Source of the DNA: Cylindrospermopsis raciborskii Cr2010
GTDB lineage: Bacteria; Cyanobacteriota; Cyanobacteriia; Cyanobacteriales; Nostocaceae
Direction: 5' to 3'
Length of the DNA: 32,000 bases
NCBI RefSeq assembly: GCF_003367075.2
Contig: NZ_CP065936.1
Coordinates: 2,400,001-2,432,000 of the forward strand
Numbering within the stretch: the first letter of the stretch is position 1; every line of letters starts with the position of its first letter. Shown piece by piece: positions 18,094-27,221 of the stretch. The position numbers and the translations under genes were made by a program. The notes beneath the pieces were generated by a model, which made no database searches, was not told the origin of the DNA, and was given only the letters and a program-made list of their open reading frames with translations.

Positions 18094-18714
18094 TCAAAAG
18101 TCTGCGGGGGATACTACAGTTTCACCTAAGTATTTAGTTAGATAGGGTGAGAAAACCTCATAGATTAAGGTTAAAGGTTTTCCATGATGCCAAAACAAGT
18201 AGTGGCGACCCCAAAAAGGTCCTGGTTGCCCAAAACCTAACTGTAGCGCATCCGAGTAACCGCAATAAATTCCTCGAATGTCCCTATACAATTCCGTACG
18301 AATTCTTGCTAAACTTGCCCAAATTGGTAGAGAGCGGTTTTGCAAAAATTCATCCACATGACTGGCCTCCCACCAAGATGTAGCATAACCCAATCTTTGA
18401 CCGGATGATGTCTTTAGCCATACCTGTCGTCGTAATCTTGGGCCTGGTAAGGTTTCAATTAAATTGGGAGCCTGATCTAAATCCATGCCCACAAATGACA
18501 TATCAATTACATCCACTTCTATTGGCTCACAGGTGAGTAATTGCAGGTGTTTAGTGGGGGAACCATCACCCAATAATAATAACTGCCATGGGGGAGCTAA
18601 TTGGGTGTGTGGTAGTCCTCCTTGAATTTCTTCTTCCTCACCTTGCCAAATGGGTTGAAGAGGATGCCAGCTGGTTGGCAACTTGTTGGTTGGGGGAGCA
18701 AAAGTGGTAGTCAA
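18094..18714 (-). CDS. ubiC: chorismate lyase-like protein (DUF98/UbiC family)
   Basis: 206 aa. LLLGDGSPTKHLQLLT and RRQVWL...SWW match the cyanobacterial chorismate pyruvate-lyase family as I recall it. The only available start is TTG at 18714, immediately preceded by an in-frame TAA, with AAGG 5-8 nt upstream. Confidence 0.6.
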   Translation of the reverse strand: MTTTFAPPTNKLPTSWHPLQPIWQGEEEEIQGGLPHTQLAPPWQLLLLGDGSPTKHLQLLTCEPIEVDVIDMSFVGMDLDQAPNLIETLPGPRLRRQVWLKTSSGQRLGYATSWWEASHVDEFLQNRSLPIWASLARIRTELYRDIRGIYCGYSDALQLGFGQPGPFWGRHYLFWHHGKPLTLIYEVFSPYLTKYLGETVVSPADF

Positions 18715-18744
18715 TTAATACCTTAGCCAAAAAAAAGTATGAAA

Positions 18745-18772
18745 AGGAAGGGTTGATAAGGAAGGGTTGATA
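18745..18772. repeat. perfect tandem duplication of a 14-mer (AGGAAGGGTTGATA x2)
   Basis: The sequence at 18745-18758 equals that at 18759-18772. It lies in the divergent region between the ubiC-like gene (31-58 nt upstream of its TTG start; reads TATCAACCCTTCCT x2 on that strand) and vapD. Confidence 0.9.
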
Positions 18773-18947
18773 TGGTAGAGTTATGGTCTTGCAAAACGAA
18801 AACTCAAAAACTACACACAGCCCATGTTAGAGATCATAACACTATTATGTTATCATGGTAGGGCAATGCACTGGTGTGGATAGACATCAGTCAACGCCGT
18901 ATCACACCGAGGTAATGTACTTCAAAAATTTTTTAATCAAAATCGAC

Positions 18948-18962
18948 TATAATAGCTATAAT
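18948..18962 (+). promoter_or_regulatory. two consensus -10 hexamers (TATAAT agc TATAAT) upstream of vapD
   Basis: TATAAT at 18948-18953 and at 18957-18962, 35-49 nt before ATG 18997. No good -35 element is present. Such hexamers can also arise by chance in an AT-rich spacer. Confidence 0.3.
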
Positions 18963-18996
18963 GCTACGTTGAAATCATGATTGATTGGAGGTCAGT

Positions 18997-19377
18997 ATGC
19001 TTACCCAGACTCCTCAAAAGAGAGTAGTTAATAGTGTAGTTACTCAGCAACAAAAAGAGAAAAGGCCTGAAGGAGGAAGAATGTACGCTATTGCCTTTGA
19101 CATGGATATTGAGTCACTCAAGCTTAACTACGGAGATCCCTACAATAACGCCTATAGTGAGATTGGTAGGGTGTTGCAAAGGAACGGATTTACTCGCCAG
19201 CAAGGTAGTGTCTATTTTGGCAACGAAAATATTAACGCAGTTACGTGCGTTCTTGCTGCAATCGAGGTATCAAAGTCGCTTCCTTGGTTTGCTACATCTG
19301 TAAGGGATATTCGTATGCTTAGAATTGAAGAACTAAATGATCTAATGCCAGCCGTTCAACAAGGTGGAATAGCATAA
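18997..19377 (+). CDS. vapD: VapD-family (virulence-associated protein D, Cas2-like fold) endoribonuclease
   Basis: MYAIAFDMDIESLKLNYGDPYNNAYSEIGRVLQRNGFTRQQGSVYFG...WFATSVRDIRMLRIEE is closely similar in pattern to Helicobacter/Haemophilus VapD (MYA[IL]AFDL...QGSVY...VRDIR). There are two in-frame starts, each with a strong SD. The first is GGAGG 18987-18991 with ATG 18997. The second is AGGAGG 19071-19076 with ATG 19081, and this start matches the canonical VapD N-terminus. Confidence 0.85.
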   Translation: MLTQTPQKRVVNSVVTQQQKEKRPEGGRMYAIAFDMDIESLKLNYGDPYNNAYSEIGRVLQRNGFTRQQGSVYFGNENINAVTCVLAAIEVSKSLPWFATSVRDIRMLRIEELNDLMPAVQQGGIA

Positions 19378-19399
19378 CAAATCACTGTTGTATTTAAAA

Positions 19400-19472
19400 T
19401 GGAGTTAAGCGGAATCGAACCGCTGACCTCTTCAATGCCATTGAAGCGCTCTACCAATTGAGCTATAACCCC
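19400..19472 (-). tRNA. tRNA-Ala (anticodon GGC)
   Basis: The reverse complement folds as a cloverleaf. The acceptor stem is GGGGTTA/TAACTCC and contains the G3:U70 alanine identity pair. The D-arm is GCTCAATTGGTAGAGC. The anticodon stem is CTTCA/TGAAG with loop AT-GGC-AT. The T-arm is AGCGG-TTCGATT-CCGCT and the discriminator base is A. The gene is 73 nt and CCA is not encoded. Confidence 0.9.
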
Positions 19473-19486
19473 TCAACTATTCTTGG

Positions 19487-19515
19487 ATGTTACCTTGTCT
19501 TGCTCAAGATGTCAA
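19487..19515 (-). promoter_or_regulatory. sigma70-type promoter for tRNA-Ala
   Basis: On the minus strand: TTGACA (19515-19510), a 17-nt spacer, then TAACAT (19492-19487), ending 14 nt upstream of tRNA position 1. Confidence 0.5.
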
Positions 19516-19606
19516 GCAGATTTTCTAAAAAAGCTGTGTTAGAAACACCGGTTTTATCCCAACTTTTCGATAAAATAAACATCTGTACCTTTGGTGTAAA
19601 ACAGAC

Positions 19607-21943
19607 ATGAGTACCAGTCCCTTTTCTTCCCAAGAAATCGCCTCCCAAGGCATTAAACCAGATGAATATGCTGACATAGTGCGTCGTCTAGGTCGTCACC
19701 CCAATAAGGCTGAATTGGGAATGTTTGGAGTGATGTGGTCCGAACACTGCTGCTATAAAAATTCCCGCCCGTTGCTCAAACAGTTCCCCACTACTGGACC
19801 ACGCATTCTGGTGGGACCTGGCGAAAATGCTGGTGTGGTAGACTTGGGACAGGGACTGCAATTAGCATTTAAGATAGAGTCCCATAATCACCCCTCTGCT
19901 GTGGAACCTTTTCAGGGTGCTGCTACCGGTGTAGGTGGTATATTAAGGGATATATTTACCATGGGGGCGCGTCCCATTGGAATATTAAATTCCCTCCGGT
20001 TTGGCAATTTAGAGGATCCAAAAACCCAAAGATTATTTACGGGTGTGGTGTCGGGTATAGCCCATTATGGGAATTGTGTAGGTGTTCCCACTGTGGGGGG
20101 TGAAGTTTATTTTGATTCAGCCTATTCAGGAAATCCTCTAGTTAATGTTATGGCTTTGGGATTAATGGAAACACCCACCATAGTTAAATCTGGGGCAGCA
20201 GGAATAGGGAACCCAGTTCTATACGTTGGTTCTACCACTGGGCGAGATGGTATGGGTGGTGCTAGTTTTGCCAGCGCTGAATTAACCGATGAGTCCATGG
20301 ATAACCGTCCCGCAGTGCAGGTGGGCGACCCATTTCTGGAAAAGTCTTTAATTGAGGCATGTTTAGAAGCATTCAAGACAGGAGCGGTAGTAGCTGCTCA
20401 GGATATGGGCGCTGCAGGGATTACTTGCTCTACTTCGGAAATGGCTGCTAAGGGTGGTGTAGGTATTCAGTTTGACTTAGATAAGGTTCCGGCTCGAGAG
20501 TTAGGAATGATACCTTATGAGTACCTGCTTTCCGAATCTCAGGAAAGGATGTTATTTGTGTCCCAGAAGGGGAGAGAGCAGGAGTTAATTGATATTTTCC
20601 AGCGTTGGGGACTCCATGCAGTAGTTGCAGGGGAGGTAATTAGTGAGCCAGTGGTGAGAATTTTATTTCAGGGGGAAGTAGCAGCATCCATTCCAGCAAA
20701 GGCTTTGGCTGAAAATACTCCTTTGTATGAAAGGAAACTATTGTCGGAACCTCCAGAATATGTAAAACTAGCTTGGGAGTGGACTTCAGCCAAGTTACCA
20801 ACTTGCGATGTCAGGGGAATTGAGGTACAGGGAGAGTTTTTAAGTTGGCAAGATATTCTCTTGAAATTACTCAATACGCCTACTATTGCTTCTAAGAGTT
20901 GGGTATATCGTCAATATGATCATCAAGTCCAAAATAATACTGTATTGTTACCTGGTGGTGCGGATGCAGCAGTGCTGCGATTACGTCCCTTATCAGAATC
21001 CACGGTCACCCATTGGGAATCTGGGGTGGCGGCTACGGTAGATTGTAATTCGCGCTATGTGTATCTTGATCCTTATGAAGGTGCTAAGGCAGTGGTGGCT
21101 GAAGCAGCGCGGAATCTTAGTTGTGTAGGTGCACAACCGTTAGCAGTGACTGATAACCTGAATTTTGGCAGTCCAGAAAAGGAAGTAGGTTATTGGCAGT
21201 TGGCTTATGCTTGTAAAGGAATTAGTGAAGGATGTAGGGAGCTGGGAACTCCTGTAACGGGTGGTAATGTTTCTTTATATAATGAGACCTTTGATGCACA
21301 GGGAAATCCTCAGGCAATTTACCCTACTCCGGTAGTGGGAATGGTTGGTTTAATTGAGGATTTACAAAAAATCTGTGGTCAGGGTTGGCAAAATGTAGGT
21401 GATGGAATTTATCTGTTAGGTTTACCAGTTTCCGTGAAGTTGGAGTTGGGTGGATCGGAATATTTAGCAGTTATTCATCACACTGTTGCTGGTAAACCAC
21501 CAAAAATTGATTTTGCCCTGGAACGGGATGTGCAACAGGTCTGTCGTTATGGTATTAGTCACAAATGGGTTAGTTCTGCCCATGATAGTGCTGAAGGTGG
21601 TCTGATAGTCGCTTTGGCAGAATGCTGTTTGAGTGGAAATTTAGGAGCATCCATTAATTTGGGTATTTCTTCTAATGAGGAATGTCGCTTTGATGAAGTG
21701 CTTTTTGGTGAAGGTGGGGCCCGAATCCTAGTTTCCGTACCCGGAACCTATCAACAAGTTTGGGAGTCCTATTTACAAACACACCTAGGGAATAATTGGC
21801 AAAAGTTGGGTTCGGTTGTCAATTTATCATCTGGGTTGACTGTTTCTACCCTTGATGACTATGAGGTAATGGGTATGGATATTCCTCAAATGGGCAATGT
21901 TTATCATCAGGCGATCGCCCAGCGACTGGCTTTTTATGAGTGA
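19607..21943 (+). CDS. purL: phosphoribosylformylglycinamidine synthase subunit PurL (FGAM synthase II)
   Basis: 778 aa. MWSEHCSYK-type motif ([12 protein letters not shown]), [29 protein letters not shown] and the duplicated AIR-synthase-like halves are diagnostic. Confidence 0.95.
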   Translation: MSTSPFSSQEIASQGIKPDEYADIVRRLGRHPNKAELGMFGVMWSEHCCYKNSRPLLKQFPTTGPRILVGPGENAGVVDLGQGLQLAFKIESHNHPSAVEPFQGAATGVGGILRDIFTMGARPIGILNSLRFGNLEDPKTQRLFTGVVSGIAHYGNCVGVPTVGGEVYFDSAYSGNPLVNVMALGLMETPTIVKSGAAGIGNPVLYVGSTTGRDGMGGASFASAELTDESMDNRPAVQVGDPFLEKSLIEACLEAFKTGAVVAAQDMGAAGITCSTSEMAAKGGVGIQFDLDKVPARELGMIPYEYLLSESQERMLFVSQKGREQELIDIFQRWGLHAVVAGEVISEPVVRILFQGEVAASIPAKALAENTPLYERKLLSEPPEYVKLAWEWTSAKLPTCDVRGIEVQGEFLSWQDILLKLLNTPTIASKSWVYRQYDHQVQNNTVLLPGGADAAVLRLRPLSESTVTHWESGVAATVDCNSRYVYLDPYEGAKAVVAEAARNLSCVGAQPLAVTDNLNFGSPEKEVGYWQLAYACKGISEGCRELGTPVTGGNVSLYNETFDAQGNPQAIYPTPVVGMVGLIEDLQKICGQGWQNVGDGIYLLGLPVSVKLELGGSEYLAVIHHTVAGKPPKIDFALERDVQQVCRYGISHKWVSSAHDSAEGGLIVALAECCLSGNLGASINLGISSNEECRFDEVLFGEGGARILVSVPGTYQQVWESYLQTHLGNNWQKLGSVVNLSSGLTVSTLDDYEVMGMDIPQMGNVYHQAIAQRLAFYE

Positions 21944-22134
21944 AGTAACTAACAATTTATTTTTTATCCTTGACCGATTTGCGATACTCTGATAGTGAAT
22001 GGTTAAGTTTTAATTAAGAATGAATAAGGATAGCAAAAGTTCGACATTTATTTCTAGATCAATAACTACCTAACCATTCTCTAACCCACCCGTATTTTCT
22101 AATATTTAGTGACTCACCAGGAGCAAAAACCAGC

Positions 22135-23625
22135 ATGATTCCCCAGCATCCTACCACTTTTGATCTAACCATGAACAGTTCTGAAAACCTCTGTGACAAA
22201 CCGGAAGAAGCCTGTGGTGTTTTTGGTATATATGCCCCGGAACAGGATGTGGCAAAAATGACCTATTTTGGATTATATGCGCTGCAACATAGAGGACAAG
22301 AATCCGCTGGTATTGCTACATTTGAAGGACCTTATGTACATCAACATAAGGATATGGGTTTGGTTTCTCAGGTATTTAGCGAGGCGATTTTAGAGCAATT
22401 ACCAGGTAATATGGCAGTTGGTCATACTCGTTACTCCACCACCGGTTCTAGTCGTAAGGTGAATGCTCAACCAGCATTGGTGGAAACTCGTTTAGGAACC
22501 CTGGCATTGGCTCACAATGGTAATTTGGTGAATACCATGCAATTACGGGAAGAATTGCTCAAAACCAACTTACACCTGGTGACAAGTACGGATTCAGAAA
22601 TGATAGCCCATGCGATCGCTGAGGAGGTAAATACTGGTGAGGGATGGTTGGAAGCTGCAACTCATGCATTCCACCGATGTCAAGGCGCATTTAGTTTAGT
22701 AATTGGAACACCGGATGGAATTATGGGAGCAAGGGATCCCCATGGGATTCGTCCCCTGGTGATTGGCAAATTGGATAGTGAGCCAATACGCTATGTTTTG
22801 GCCTCAGAAACCTGTGCTTTAGATATTATTGGTGCGGAATATATAAGGGACGTGGAACCGGGAGAGTTGGTTTGGATTACAGAAACGGGTCTAGCATCTT
22901 TATTTTGGAATCCCCAACCCCAGCGCAAATTATGTATCTTTGAAATGATCTACTTTGCCCGTCCAGATAGTTTAATGCACAATGAGACGTTGTATAGTTA
23001 TAGAATGCGACTGGGAAGAAATTTAGCGCAGGAGTCTCCGATAGATGCTGATATAGTCTTTGGTGTACCCGATTCTGGTATACCTGCTGCTATAGGGTTT
23101 TCCCAAAAATCAGGTATAGTATATGGCGAGGGACTAATTAAAAATCGTTACGTCGGTAGAACATTTATTCAACCCACTCAGAGTATGCGAGAGGCGGGGA
23201 TAAAAGTAAAGTTGAACCCGCTCAAGGATGTGTTATGGGGAAAAAGAGTAGTAATAATTGATGATTCTATTGTCAGGGGAACTACTAGTCGCAAACTGGT
23301 GAAAGCACTGCGGGAAGCAGGCGCTAGGGAAGTGCACATGAGGATATCTTCTCCACCGGTGACTCACCCTTGTTTCTATGGAATAGATACGGATACACAG
23401 GAGCAGCTTATTGCAGCTACAAAATCGGTTAGTGAGATAGCTACACATTTAGAGGTGGATACTCTCGCTTATTTAAGTTGGGAGGGAATGTTAGCCGCCA
23501 CTGGGGAAGATACAAATGGGTTCTGTTCTGCTTGTTTTACGGGTGATTATCCTGTAGCGATTCCTCAACAGATGAAGAGTTCTAAGTTAATACTAGAGAA
23601 GACTAACCAATACGCTGTTTTATAG
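22135..23625 (+). CDS. purF: amidophosphoribosyltransferase
   Basis: 496 aa. It has a propeptide followed by the Ntn catalytic Cys (EEACGVFGIYAP), the PRPP loop VVIIDDSIVRGTTS and Fe-S cysteines (CFYGID, CSACFTGDYP). The start could instead be the internal ATG at Met13. Confidence 0.95.
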   Translation: MIPQHPTTFDLTMNSSENLCDKPEEACGVFGIYAPEQDVAKMTYFGLYALQHRGQESAGIATFEGPYVHQHKDMGLVSQVFSEAILEQLPGNMAVGHTRYSTTGSSRKVNAQPALVETRLGTLALAHNGNLVNTMQLREELLKTNLHLVTSTDSEMIAHAIAEEVNTGEGWLEAATHAFHRCQGAFSLVIGTPDGIMGARDPHGIRPLVIGKLDSEPIRYVLASETCALDIIGAEYIRDVEPGELVWITETGLASLFWNPQPQRKLCIFEMIYFARPDSLMHNETLYSYRMRLGRNLAQESPIDADIVFGVPDSGIPAAIGFSQKSGIVYGEGLIKNRYVGRTFIQPTQSMREAGIKVKLNPLKDVLWGKRVVIIDDSIVRGTTSRKLVKALREAGAREVHMRISSPPVTHPCFYGIDTDTQEQLIAATKSVSEIATHLEVDTLAYLSWEGMLAATGEDTNGFCSACFTGDYPVAIPQQMKSSKLILEKTNQYAVL

Positions 23626-23639
23626 CTTTGGTAGTAGGA

Positions 23640-23662
23640 GGTAAAGGTGGGTCACTTTTACC
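23640..23662 (+). terminator. stem-loop 15 nt downstream of purF stop (weak terminator candidate)
   Basis: GGTAAAGGTG (23640-23649), ggt, CACTTTTACC (23653-23662). This is a 10-bp stem with one G:U pair. No U-run follows it. Confidence 0.25.
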
Positions 23663-23791
23663 CGTCAACTCTGTATATGGCGTTTTAGATAAAGCTATAT
23701 ATACATAACGTCTCTTGAATAACGATTATTATTAAGTTATGATTAGGGATTAGATAACAACTTGAGTTGATAATCCGCAACACCTCCCAAT

Positions 23792-25036
23792 TTGAACACC
23801 TCCTTGACCAACATGAAACTCCCTCTTTTTTCGTTCAATTATCATCCAATGGATCAAACCAACTGGCCACGAAAAATCTGGAAGAAATTTTCCCCTTGGC
23901 TATGCTTAATTTCCCTATTGACAGTGGTACTCATACACTCAGTACCAAGTGTAACCGCTCAAATGTCTCGCGAAGAAATTCGGGGTGTTTGGGTAACAAG
24001 TAACGATTTAAATGTTTTCAAGGATCGTGCCCAAGTTAAAGATGCTGTGACGAAATTGCGGCGGCTTAATTTTAATACAATTTACCCGGTGGTGTGGAAT
24101 TCAGGTTATGTTATGTATCCTAGCAATGTAGCTAAGAGCTTGGATATTCAACCCTTTGTATTTCGCGGATCCGATGGTCATGATATTTTAGCAGATATTA
24201 TTAATCAGGCCCATAGTCAAAATCTACTGGCAATACCCTGGTTTGAATTTGGATTTATGACCCCCAATACTGGAGAGCTGGCGTTAAATAAGCCAGATTG
24301 GCTCACTAAAACGCGAGATGGTGCTGTAGTTTCCATGAGTGCTGCTGGTGAAGTATCTTGGTTAAATCCCTTTCATCCCCAGGTGCAAAAATTTATTATT
24401 GATCTGCTGGTGGAGCTGACTAACAATTATGATATTGATGGTATTCAGTTTGATGACCACACTAGTTTACCCCATGAATTTGGCTATGATGATTATACCG
24501 TAAACTTGTATAAGCAAGAAACGGGTAAAAATCCCCCAGCTAATTCTCAAGATCCAGAATGGGTAGCATGGCGAGCCAATAAAATCACGGAATTCATGGT
24601 GAGGTTGAACCATACTATCAAGCAAATTAAACCAAAACTCATATTTTCGGTTTCACCAAATTACTACAATCATGCTTATAGGTTTCAGTTACAAGATTGG
24701 TTGAATTGGGTAAGACTGAATATTGTGGATGAGTTAGTTATGCAGGTTTATCGTTCTGATTTGGAAAGTTTTACCTCTAAAATTGCCCGGGATGAAATAC
24801 AAGAAGTGCGCCAAATTATTCCTACTGGAATTGGCATTATGGCCGGTTTGAGAACTAGTCCTGTTCCTATGCAACAAATTACTAAACAGGTCAGAACTGT
24901 GCAAAGGGAAGAGTTAGGTATAGTTTTCTTTTATTATGAAACTTTGTGGAATCGCTCTCCTGAAACTTTGGAACAACGCTTGGAAGGATTTAGAAATTTC
25001 TTTCCCTATCCATCTGTAAGAGTTGCAGCTGAATGA
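23792..25036 (+). CDS. glycoside hydrolase-like family 10 (GHL10/DUF187, YngK-like) secreted protein
   Basis: 414-aa ORF. The signal-like segment is WLCLISLLTVVLIHSVPSVTAQ. A likely true start is ATG 23849 (MDQTNWPRKIWKKF..). IRGVWVTS...FNTIYPVVWNSGYVMYPS and DGIQFDDH match the GHL10 TIM-barrel family. Confidence 0.75.
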   Translation: MNTSLTNMKLPLFSFNYHPMDQTNWPRKIWKKFSPWLCLISLLTVVLIHSVPSVTAQMSREEIRGVWVTSNDLNVFKDRAQVKDAVTKLRRLNFNTIYPVVWNSGYVMYPSNVAKSLDIQPFVFRGSDGHDILADIINQAHSQNLLAIPWFEFGFMTPNTGELALNKPDWLTKTRDGAVVSMSAAGEVSWLNPFHPQVQKFIIDLLVELTNNYDIDGIQFDDHTSLPHEFGYDDYTVNLYKQETGKNPPANSQDPEWVAWRANKITEFMVRLNHTIKQIKPKLIFSVSPNYYNHAYRFQLQDWLNWVRLNIVDELVMQVYRSDLESFTSKIARDEIQEVRQIIPTGIGIMAGLRTSPVPMQQITKQVRTVQREELGIVFFYYETLWNRSPETLEQRLEGFRNFFPYPSVRVAAE

Positions 25037-25099
25037 TCAACTTGCTGGATTGTTGGTATTTCCAATGCTAACAATCCACCCCTATCTATAGTTCTTAAA

Positions 25100-26263
25100 C
25101 TAATCAAATCGCCCCATCAGTAAAATTTCCTTAGCTGCGCGATCGCACACTCCAACCGAACCCAAACATTGACGCATTTCTTGATAATCTAATAAGGTTT
25201 TTTCTCTTTTCTCACTATTTAATAATAATTCCATCGCTGCTTTGGTAATATTATCCGCTGTAGCTTGTTCCTGTAATAGCTCAGGTACAATTTCTCGCAT
25301 AAGAACTAAATTCACGGGGGAAGCAAAGGGAATGGAACCTTTGAGAATCTTTCTACCTACCCAAGCAGTGAAAGGATTAAGACTATAAACAACTACTTGA
25401 GGAACATTGGCCAGGGCCAATTCTAAATTGGCCGTCCCCGATTTAGTAATTGCTAAGTCAGCAGCAGCAAAAATTTCCCTCTGATTCCCAGAAAATATTC
25501 TGGCCTTTAACCCATATTCCCTAATTGCTCTGGTAATTTTTCCCCGAAATTTTTCTAAAGATAAGGGTATAAGAAAACTTACTTTTGATAGTTGGGATTG
25601 TATATTTTTCCCAGCTTGAAAAATTGCAGGTAGTAAGTATTTTAACTCTTGATGACGAGAAGCAGGCAAAAGAGCGATCGCCAATTCTTGCTCCTTAATA
25701 CCCAATATTTTTCTGGCACTTTCACGACTGGGTGTGTTCGCCATTTTATCTACTAAGGGATGGCCCACCCAATGAACATTAGCTCCGTTTTCCCCATAAT
25801 ATCTCGCCTCTTGGGGAAAAATTGCCAACAACTTATGAGTAAAACTAACGATTTTCTTAGTTCTATCTAAACTCATTGACCATACCCATTCCTGGGGAGC
25901 AATATAATATACTATGGGAACTTGGGGAAAATGCTGCTGCATATAACTACCAATTCCCATATTTGGTGTCATGTAGTCAATCAACACTGTTATATCCGGA
26001 GGATTTTTTTTTAAATAGGCGATCGCCTGTCTTTGCACCCTAATAGTTGGTATAATATATGGCAATGCCTCAACAATTCCCATGGAACCAATACCACTAG
26101 TATCTCCCAAAACTCTCGCCCCAGCTTTAGCCATTTGGGATCCACCTAGTGCTACTATCTCTAATGGCAAGCCCAAAGTAGCAGCTTGATTTTTCAGTGC
26201 TGTAATTAACATAGCACCCTGTAAATCTCCCGAAACTTCCCCAGTACTGATAAATACTCGCAT
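25100..26263 (-). CDS. lpxB: lipid-A-disaccharide synthase
   Basis: 387 aa. The N-terminus MRVFISTGEVSGDLQGA and the later ITKSGTANLE segment are typical of LpxB. It is the last gene of the lpxC-fabZ-lpxA-lpxB block. Confidence 0.9.
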   Translation of the reverse strand: MRVFISTGEVSGDLQGAMLITALKNQAATLGLPLEIVALGGSQMAKAGARVLGDTSGIGSMGIVEALPYIIPTIRVQRQAIAYLKKNPPDITVLIDYMTPNMGIGSYMQQHFPQVPIVYYIAPQEWVWSMSLDRTKKIVSFTHKLLAIFPQEARYYGENGANVHWVGHPLVDKMANTPSRESARKILGIKEQELAIALLPASRHQELKYLLPAIFQAGKNIQSQLSKVSFLIPLSLEKFRGKITRAIREYGLKARIFSGNQREIFAAADLAITKSGTANLELALANVPQVVVYSLNPFTAWVGRKILKGSIPFASPVNLVLMREIVPELLQEQATADNITKAAMELLLNSEKREKTLLDYQEMRQCLGSVGVCDRAAKEILLMGRFD

Positions 26264-26317
26264 GAACTTTAGATTTTAAATGAGGTAGACATTCTAGGTG
26301 CTCTGGCATTTCAGCCA

Positions 26318-26370
26318 AATGATGAGTACTTATTAAAGTTTATGAATATAAGTAAACTCATCATTCATAA
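26318..26370. repeat. imperfect long inverted repeat with a nested second inverted repeat in the lpxA-lpxB spacer
   Basis: Pair A is AATGATGAGTACTTAT (26318-26333) with ATAAGTAAACTCATCATT (26348-26365): 10 bp, a 2-nt bulge, then 6 bp. Pair B is TTATGAAT (26340-26347, inside loop A) with ATTCATAA (26363-26370, overlapping the end of arm A). Confidence 0.7.
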
Positions 26371-26396
26371 TTTGTCAAGACTAGCTAAATAGCGAA

Positions 26397-27221
26397 TCAC
26401 AACTCATTATTGTCACTACCTTTGGTGGCACTTTTCCCTGGAATCAACCCCCTTCTTCCTGGCATTTGTGAAAGTAGCAAGAAACGACGTAAATGTTTTA
26501 GCTGTGATGTATCCCCCAATAGTTCCAACTCAGATAAAGCATCCTTAAACAACACATTAGAGCAGTAGAGAATACGAAAAGCCTTTTTCAGTAGTTGAAA
26601 CTCATTCATCGGCATTCCTGACCGCTTTAATCCCACCAGATTGAGTGATCGGATGCGGGATGGATTTCCCTCCACTAACATATAGGGAGGAACATCCCGA
26701 TCAATACGTGTCATACCTCCAATCATGGACATACCACCAATGTGGACAAATTGGTGCACACCCAAAACCCCACTAAGTCTAGCTCGGGACTCAATATGTA
26801 CATGACCAGCCAAAGCTACAGAGTTAGCAATAATAACTGAGTCTTCAATTATACAATTGTGACCCACATGGACGTAAGCCATTAGCAGATTACCATTACC
26901 AATAACGGTGGCTTCACCATGACCGGTAGCCCTGTTAATAGTCACATACTCACGAATGGCATTATTATCACCAATCTTAACCCAAGATAGTTCCCCCACA
27001 TATTTCAGGTCTTGGGGTTCCATACCGATTACAGCGCCTGGAAAAATGTGATTTCCCGATCCAATTTTACATGGTCCTTCCACCACCGCATGGGCACCAA
27101 TAACGGTTTCTGGTCCGACTTGAACATTCGCTCCAATCACAGCATAGGCACCTACTTGCACCGTTGAGTGGAGTTCCGCGTTAGGATGTATTACAGCAGT
27201 TGGATGAATAAGTGTCTTCAA
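26397..27221 (-). CDS. lpxA: acyl-ACP--UDP-N-acetylglucosamine O-acyltransferase
   Basis: 274 aa. It has the left-handed beta-helix hexapeptide repeats (IHPTAVIHPNAELHSTVQVGAYAVIGANVQVG..) and the LpxA C-terminal helical domain. The start is TTG at 27221. There is no in-frame ATG upstream before a stop at 27344. GGAG lies about 10 nt upstream. Confidence 0.9.
   Translation of the reverse strand: MKTLIHPTAVIHPNAELHSTVQVGAYAVIGANVQVGPETVIGAHAVVEGPCKIGSGNHIFPGAVIGMEPQDLKYVGELSWVKIGDNNAIREYVTINRATGHGEATVIGNGNLLMAYVHVGHNCIIEDSVIIANSVALAGHVHIESRARLSGVLGVHQFVHIGGMSMIGGMTRIDRDVPPYMLVEGNPSRIRSLNLVGLKRSGMPMNEFQLLKKAFRILYCSNVLFKDALSELELLGDTSQLKHLRRFLLLSQMPGRRGLIPGKSATKGSDNNEL

Noticed and set aside
19091-19303. 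70-aa ORF overlapping vapD in another frame
   Set aside because: It lies fully inside the strongly supported VapD frame, and its translation has no recognisable features.
1-19377. A CRISPR-Cas locus, suggested by a Cas4-like domain (252-1092) and a Cas2-fold VapD (18997-19377)
   Set aside because: The two are 17 kb apart and separated by housekeeping genes. There is no cas1 or effector gene, and I found no repeat-spacer array anywhere in the window.
18715-19472. A tRNA-integrated mobile island carrying vapD
   Set aside because: There is no integrase or transposase. I found no direct repeat of the tRNA-Ala 3' end (only a 6-7 nt AATCGA match at 18941) and no obvious compositional break. It is kept only as a hypothesis to test by synteny.
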